IMG/VR virus record: IMGVR_UViG_3300030708_003106
Span: 27,618-91,617 of that record
DNA length: 64,000 nucleotides
Strand: one strand, 5' to 3'
Source of the DNA: a virus
Taxonomy: Duplodnaviria; Caudoviricetes
The notes under the pieces are model-generated. The model saw only the letters and a program-made list of their open reading frames with translations. It was not told the DNA's origin and made no database searches. The position numbers and the translations under genes are program-made. Below, piece after piece: positions 58,820 through 64,000 of the stretch (the first letter of the stretch is position 1; the number at the start of each line of letters is the position of its first letter).

Positions 58820-59677
58820 ATGGCACAACCAAGTAGTAGGTCTGAGTTAATAAGCTATTGTAAACGACAACTGGGAGCACCAGTTTTAGAAATTAATGTT
58901 GCTGATGAGCAAATTGATGACCTGATTGATGATGCTCTGCAATTTTTTCATGAGAGGCATTTTGACGGTGTAACTCAAACATTTTTAAAATATAAAATCA
59001 CTCAAGATGATATTGATAGAGGTAGAGGAAGAGGAGGAGATAATCCAATCGGTATTGTAACTACTACAGGAACTGCAGCAGCATCTTCTGGAATTTCAAC
59101 CACTGCTGTTACTTTTTCATACGAAGAAAATAGCAACTATTTGCAAGTTCCACCATCGGTAATTGGAGTTCAAAAAATATATCACTTTGATGGTACGAAT
59201 ACCTCAACAAATAATATGTTCAGTGTTAAATATCAGATGTTCTTAAATGATGTTTACTACTGGGGATCAACTGAGATGTTGTCATATGCAATGACAAAAA
59301 CGTACTTAGAAGATCTTGACTTTTTACTCACGACACAAAAACAAATAAGATATAACCAAAGAGGAGAAAGATTATACTTAGATATTGATTGGGCAAGCGT
59401 ATCTTTAGATGATTATCTTGTAATTGATTGCACAAGATTAATGGATCCAAATGATTACACTAAAGTTTATAACGATTCATTTTTGAAGAAGTATTTGACT
59501 TCACTAATTAAAAAACAGTGGGGGCAAAACCTTATTAAGTTCCAAGGAGTAAAACTTCCAGGTGGAGTTGAACTCAATGGAAGACAAATTTATGATGACG
59601 CTCAAAAAGAAATTGATGATTTGATGGAAAAAATGTCTAATACATATGAACTCCCACCTTTAGACATGATCGGTTAA
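58820..59677 (+). CDS. gp13: Neck protein gp13
   Basis: LGAPVLEINV, QWGQNLIKF...LPGGVELNG; CTAAATA at 58787. Confidence 0.93.
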   Translation: MAQPSSRSELISYCKRQLGAPVLEINVADEQIDDLIDDALQFFHERHFDGVTQTFLKYKITQDDIDRGRGRGGDNPIGIVTTTGTAAASSGISTTAVTFSYEENSNYLQVPPSVIGVQKIYHFDGTNTSTNNMFSVKYQMFLNDVYYWGSTEMLSYAMTKTYLEDLDFLLTTQKQIRYNQRGERLYLDIDWASVSLDDYLVIDCTRLMDPNDYTKVYNDSFLKKYLTSLIKKQWGQNLIKFQGVKLPGGVELNGRQIYDDAQKEIDDLMEKMSNTYELPPLDMIG

Positions 59678-59681
59678 TGCC

Positions 59682-61109
59682 ATGCTTAATCCATTTTTTC
59701 AGCAAGGGTCCAGAGGAGAGCAAAGTCTTGTTCAAGACTTGATAAATGAACAATTAAGGATGTATGGTGTAGAAGTTCACTATCTTCCTAGAAAATACAT
59801 TACTGAAAACTCAGTTATACGAGAGGTTATACAATCATCTTTCGATGATGCATATCCAATAGAGGCATACGTTCAAAATTTTGAAGGATATTCCGATAAT
59901 TCTGTATTACTTTCAAAATTTGGTATTCAACAAACTCAAGAAGTAACTTTAGTAATATCAAAAGAAAGGTGGGAAAATTATATTCAACCACTATCCAAAG
60001 AAAAGGCAAATATAAAATTATCAAGTAGACCAAAAGAAGGAGATTTGGTTTATTTTCCATTGGGTGATCGTTTATACGAAGTAAAATTCGTAGAACATGA
60101 AAAACCATTTTATCAACTTCAAAAAAATTATGTTTATGAATTGAGATGTGAACTCTTCAGATATGAAGATGAAGTAATAGATACGGATATTGAGGAGATT
60201 GATGATAATCTCGTTGGAAACGAACTTGATGGATTAACATCTGATGGATTAAATACCATTCTTGGACCAACACAGACACTAACTCTTGTTGGTGTGGGTG
60301 TTACTGCTATTGCTCATGCACAAATTGTTAATGGTGGAGTTCGTTTAGTAAGTATAACAAATAGAGGTGGAGGATACTTAGAAAATCCAACAGTACAACT
60401 TTCTTCTGCACCAAGTGGAGGGGTTACGGGTATTGTAACTACAAGAATGATTGGTGGCATTAATGTTTGCAATTTAAATGTAAATCCAGCACTCAAATCC
60501 GTACAGAATGTCGATATTGTAAACGCTGGTTCTGGTTATACTGTTGCACCTGGCGTCAAATTTACAGGAGGTAAAGGTGGAACAGGTGCAGCTGCTACTT
60601 CATTTATTGGGGATGGAATTGTTGGATTTGTAACTATGTCAAATGGTGGTGGTGGATACGTCACTGCACCAACGATTACATTTACTGGAAGTTCTACTAT
60701 ATCTGCGGCAGCAACTGCTGTTGTTAGTGCTGCAGGAACTATAACTTCAATCAACTTGACAAATGCAGGTCTTGGATATACCGAAGTACCAACAATAACA
60801 ATCTCTGATCCAAGTCTTGGATCTACTGGATCGTTTAATTACAATGAACTAATTACAGGATCTGTAAGTGGAACTAAGGCTAGAGTTAGAGTTTGGAATT
60901 CTGTTACGAATATTTTGGAAGTTTCTCATGTAACAGGAGATTTCAAAGTTGGAGAAAATCTTGTCGGATCTGAATCGGGAGCATCATTTGCTCTGAGAAT
61001 AATTGACACTAATCCAACCGATGATGGATTTGCTGATAATTATAACATTGAAACTGAAGCAGATTCAATTATTGACTTCTCTGAGCAAAATCCCTTTGGG
61101 ATGCCTTAA
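59682..61109 (+). CDS. gp14: Neck protein gp14 with inserted beta modules
   Basis: EQLRMYG, RPKEGDLVYFP, FVEHEKPFYQL, DFSEQNPFG. Confidence 0.92.
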   Translation: MLNPFFQQGSRGEQSLVQDLINEQLRMYGVEVHYLPRKYITENSVIREVIQSSFDDAYPIEAYVQNFEGYSDNSVLLSKFGIQQTQEVTLVISKERWENYIQPLSKEKANIKLSSRPKEGDLVYFPLGDRLYEVKFVEHEKPFYQLQKNYVYELRCELFRYEDEVIDTDIEEIDDNLVGNELDGLTSDGLNTILGPTQTLTLVGVGVTAIAHAQIVNGGVRLVSITNRGGGYLENPTVQLSSAPSGGVTGIVTTRMIGGINVCNLNVNPALKSVQNVDIVNAGSGYTVAPGVKFTGGKGGTGAAATSFIGDGIVGFVTMSNGGGGYVTAPTITFTGSSTISAAATAVVSAAGTITSINLTNAGLGYTEVPTITISDPSLGSTGSFNYNELITGSVSGTKARVRVWNSVTNILEVSHVTGDFKVGENLVGSESGASFALRIIDTNPTDDGFADNYNIETEADSIIDFSEQNPFGMP

Positions 61110-61160
61110 CAGATAAATAATATTTAATCTTGTAAATAATATCATAATAGGACCTAAACA

Positions 61161-62144
61161 ATGTTTGAGTATTTTTATAACGAAATTTTGAGGAGAACCA
61201 TTATATCTTTTGGTACTCTCTTTAACGATATTAGCATCAAGAACGAAGGATCTGTTGTAAAAGTACCTTTGGCGTATGGTCCTACTCAGAAGTTTCTTGC
61301 GAGATTAGAACAATCTCCAGATCTTAATAAATCTACGGCAATGTCTTTGCCTAGAATGTCTTTTGAGTTTATTGGATTGACTTATGATCCGACTAGAAAA
61401 ATTACTACAACTCAAAAATTTGTTGTGAAAGATCCATCGGATGGGTCTGAAGTTAAGAAATCATATGTACCAGTTCCATATAATATGCAGTTTGAACTTA
61501 GTGTTATGACTAAGTTGAATGACGATATGCTGCAAATTGTTGAGCAAATTTTACCTTACTTCCAACCAGCATATAATTTAACTGTAGAACTAGTAGAAAC
61601 AATAAAAGAAAAAAGAGATGTTCCAGTAGTTCTCGAAAACATCACTATGGAAGATGATTATGAAGGGGACTATACCTCTCGCAGGGTACTACTCTACACA
61701 CTAAGATTTACAGCAAAAACATATCTTTTTGGACCTGTTTCTTCTGCTTCCAAAGATATTATCAAAAAAGCTACTGTCAGTTATATTGCTGGAAGAGATC
61801 CAGAAAATGCTCAAAGATCTCTCACATACTCCGTTACTCCAAGAGCAACCAAAAACTATACTGGACCCGCCGCAACTACATTGGTTGATGATATTACCAA
61901 AGCAGCAAAATCTATTGAAGTTGAAGATGCAAGTGGTCTGACTGCTAAGACTTATATTGATATTGGCGAAGAAGAACTGTTCATCAAAACTATTAGTGGA
62001 AACAAACTTACTGTACTTAGAGGGCAGGACAATACTACTGCAGCAGAGCATTTAAGAGGAGCAGAAATATTTGTAATTGATTCTGCAGACGATGCTCTCA
62101 TAGAAGAGGGTGATGACTTCGGATTTAGTGGTAGTATCTTCTGA
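61161..62144 (+). CDS. gp15: Tail sheath stabiliser/terminator gp15
   Basis: FGTLFN, VPLAYGP, LPRMSFE, QIVEQILPYFQP; ATAAATA at 61113. Confidence 0.93.
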   Translation: MFEYFYNEILRRTIISFGTLFNDISIKNEGSVVKVPLAYGPTQKFLARLEQSPDLNKSTAMSLPRMSFEFIGLTYDPTRKITTTQKFVVKDPSDGSEVKKSYVPVPYNMQFELSVMTKLNDDMLQIVEQILPYFQPAYNLTVELVETIKEKRDVPVVLENITMEDDYEGDYTSRRVLLYTLRFTAKTYLFGPVSSASKDIIKKATVSYIAGRDPENAQRSLTYSVTPRATKNYTGPAATTLVDDITKAAKSIEVEDASGLTAKTYIDIGEEELFIKTISGNKLTVLRGQDNTTAAEHLRGAEIFVIDSADDALIEEGDDFGFSGSIF

Positions 62145-62149
62145 TAGTT

Positions 62150-62587
62150 ATGAGTATGACAAAAAACTTTGATAAATTAAACGAAACATTTGACGTAGAT
62201 GGAGAAGTAGTTCCCGTTGAAGTTGAACCCTCACCGATTACTCCTGCCAAGAAAAAGACTGGTCAATCGCCAGAAGATATTAAGAAAGACTATGATTATA
62301 CAAGAGGAAATTTATATTCTTTGATTGAAAAAGGACAAGAAGCCATAAACGGAATTCTTGAATTAGCGCAAGAAACAGAACAGGCAAGAGCATATGAAGT
62401 AGCTGGTCAGTTAATTAAAAATGTTGCAGATGCGACAGATAAATTAATGGAACTACAAAAGAAATTGAAAGAAGTTGAAGAGGACACTCAAGTAAAAGGA
62501 CCATCAACAGTTAATAATGCACTTTTCGTTGGTTCTACTGCAGACTTGGCAAAATTATTAAAGAAATCAAATAAAGAAGAGTCTTAG
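62150..62587 (+). CDS. gp16: Terminase small subunit gp16
   Basis: DYDYTRGNLY, RAYEVAGQLIK, NNALFVGSTADL. Confidence 0.92.
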   Translation: MSMTKNFDKLNETFDVDGEVVPVEVEPSPITPAKKKTGQSPEDIKKDYDYTRGNLYSLIEKGQEAINGILELAQETEQARAYEVAGQLIKNVADATDKLMELQKKLKEVEEDTQVKGPSTVNNALFVGSTADLAKLLKKSNKEES

Positions 62588-62628
62588 TTAAATTCTCGCT
62601 AAATAATAGGGAATATCCACTCGATTGA

Positions 62629-63921
62629 ATGTCTAAAAGCGGCAAATGTAAAGCAGGATATTACTACTGCTATACCGACAAAGTGTGCAAACCCATTTCT
62701 AAGGGAATGAAGATGACTGCGAGATTTTCTGGTAATGGAAAAGATCCAGAAGAGGTTGGTATTGATAAACCACTTAATGGAAACGGAAATGGTAATGGGA
62801 ACGGAAACGGCGGAAACGGGAACGGAAACGGTGGTGCCGTCTCGGAGGGGAACAAGAGTGGTGATTCTTCTCTGCGTGACTGGTTTGGCAAGAGTAAGTC
62901 TAGTGATGGCAAGCCTGGCTGGGTTCAGTTGGGTGGAAAGTATGCAGGAAAACCCTGTGCAAGACAACCAGGACAAACCACTAAACCAAAATGTGGTTCC
63001 AGCAAAATGAAGCGTGCTCTCTCCAAAGATGAAGAGGAAGCAGCATTTCGTCGTAAGAATCGCCAAGACCCAAATCCAGATAGAAAAGGGAAAGCAATTA
63101 ACGTGAAGACAGAAGAAACATTACCAGAAGCAACCTATCCTTCTGACTTTAAAAAGGGGTCTGGAGTTGCTAAGAAAAAGTACGATAGACCAAAACAGCA
63201 CGATCAAGAAACCGATCGTTACGGTCGTAGAAAGACTGTAGATGAAGGCAAAAAAGATGCTTGCTATCACAAGGTCAAGTCTCGTTATTCTGTATGGCCT
63301 TCTGCATATGCCTCAGGTGCTCTGGTTAAGTGCCGTAAAGTTGGTGCTGCCAATTGGGGAAACAAGACAAAGAAAGAAGAGTTTTCAGATTGGAGAACAG
63401 AACTCTCTGAGGGTGGTAAGAAGTGCTGGAAGGGATATAAGAAAGTAGGCACACAAAAACTGTTTGGTAAAACTTACAATCGTTGTGTAAAAGAAGAAAC
63501 TCCAAAGTGTTCTCATACCGAAAAAGGTAAAGAGTGTCCTGTTCATGGTATGGATCTTTGCCCAGATAAAGTAAATGAGGCAATCAGAATTCCTGCTAAA
63601 ACTGGAAACATTATTAGTGTAACCTTATCCTGGAGAGGAAAGGTTTATATGATCAAGATGTTCTTCCCTACTGTATCAAAACCAAGTAGAAAAGAAGTTC
63701 AGGATCAGATTGATAAAGTATACCCAGGAGCAAGAGTAAATTCTTATTTTATTAGTGAAGTAAAACCAGGTGAACAATTCTTACATACTGAGGATTGGCA
63801 AAAGAAATCTGGTAAAAATCCTGAAGGTGGTTTGAATGAAAAAGGAAGAAAGAGCTACGAACGTCAGAATCCAGGAAGCGATCTTAAGAGACCTTCAAAG
63901 AAAGTTGGGAACCCTCAATGA
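62629..63921 (+). CDS. Multi-module basic cyanophage protein, C-terminus disrupted by an inversion
   Basis: GN repeat; KKDACYHKVKSRYSVWPSAYASG; GKNPEGGLN; expected C-terminus lies on the minus strand at 63913-63999. Confidence 0.75.
   Translation: MSKSGKCKAGYYYCYTDKVCKPISKGMKMTARFSGNGKDPEEVGIDKPLNGNGNGNGNGNGGNGNGNGGAVSEGNKSGDSSLRDWFGKSKSSDGKPGWVQLGGKYAGKPCARQPGQTTKPKCGSSKMKRALSKDEEEAAFRRKNRQDPNPDRKGKAINVKTEETLPEATYPSDFKKGSGVAKKKYDRPKQHDQETDRYGRRKTVDEGKKDACYHKVKSRYSVWPSAYASGALVKCRKVGAANWGNKTKKEEFSDWRTELSEGGKKCWKGYKKVGTQKLFGKTYNRCVKEETPKCSHTEKGKECPVHGMDLCPDKVNEAIRIPAKTGNIISVTLSWRGKVYMIKMFFPTVSKPSRKEVQDQIDKVYPGARVNSYFISEVKPGEQFLHTEDWQKKSGKNPEGGLNEKGRKSYERQNPGSDLKRPSKKVGNPQ
62776..62833 (+). repeat. 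(Gly-Asn)n coding microsatellite
   Basis: AAYGGN hexamer repeats. Confidence 0.85.
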
Positions 63922-64000
63922 CTTATTGATTCTGCTATCTGGATCATTAGCAGTTTTGGCAGAAGTCAGTTTTTTCTTCATACCTTTCATTCTCGCACAA

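Noticed and set aside
50885-58820. Absence of recognisable gp10/gp11/gp12/wac between gp8 and gp13
   Set aside because: A VrlC-like gene in this position is usual for T4-like cyanophages.
117-63583. Minus-strand and nested alternate-frame ORFs in the supplied track
   Set aside because: They overlap well-supported + strand genes and look like shadow ORFs, especially over the collagen repeats.
1-64000. tRNA, rRNA, integrase, transposase, intron or DGR reverse transcriptase
   Set aside because: None recognisable in this window by inspection.

Overview
64-kb segment of a T4-like myovirus, most likely a cyanophage; essentially all real genes are on the + strand. Order: (1) 1-13.6 kb, a collagen-like fibre, a large virion protein and a late-promoter cluster of modification enzymes (glycosidase-like propeller, TPR-FkbM-2OG oxygenase fusion, radical SAM). 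(2) 13.6-29.5 kb, an accessory/early island of about 45 mostly tiny ORFs plus a nuclease-methyltransferase pair, an SF2 helicase and a ligase-fold nucleotidyltransferase. (3) 29.5-64 kb, core morphogenesis genes gp25, gp6, a 4235-aa gp7-like protein, gp8, a VrlC-like protein, gp13, gp14, gp15 and gp16. The most striking feature is in the island: 13 gap-free copies of a 31-bp direct repeat (AACTGAAGCC-N3-AAA-N2-GTYYYNRTAGTRT), usually abutting the previous stop codon and often fused to the next ATG. They cut the island into 0.4-3.3 kb cassette-like units and could be a promoter class and/or recombination sites. Also seen: several structured non-coding elements, an ORF-less minus-strand promoter, and an inversion of the last gene's C-terminus at the window end. 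Family assignments come from motif recognition by eye, not database searches.
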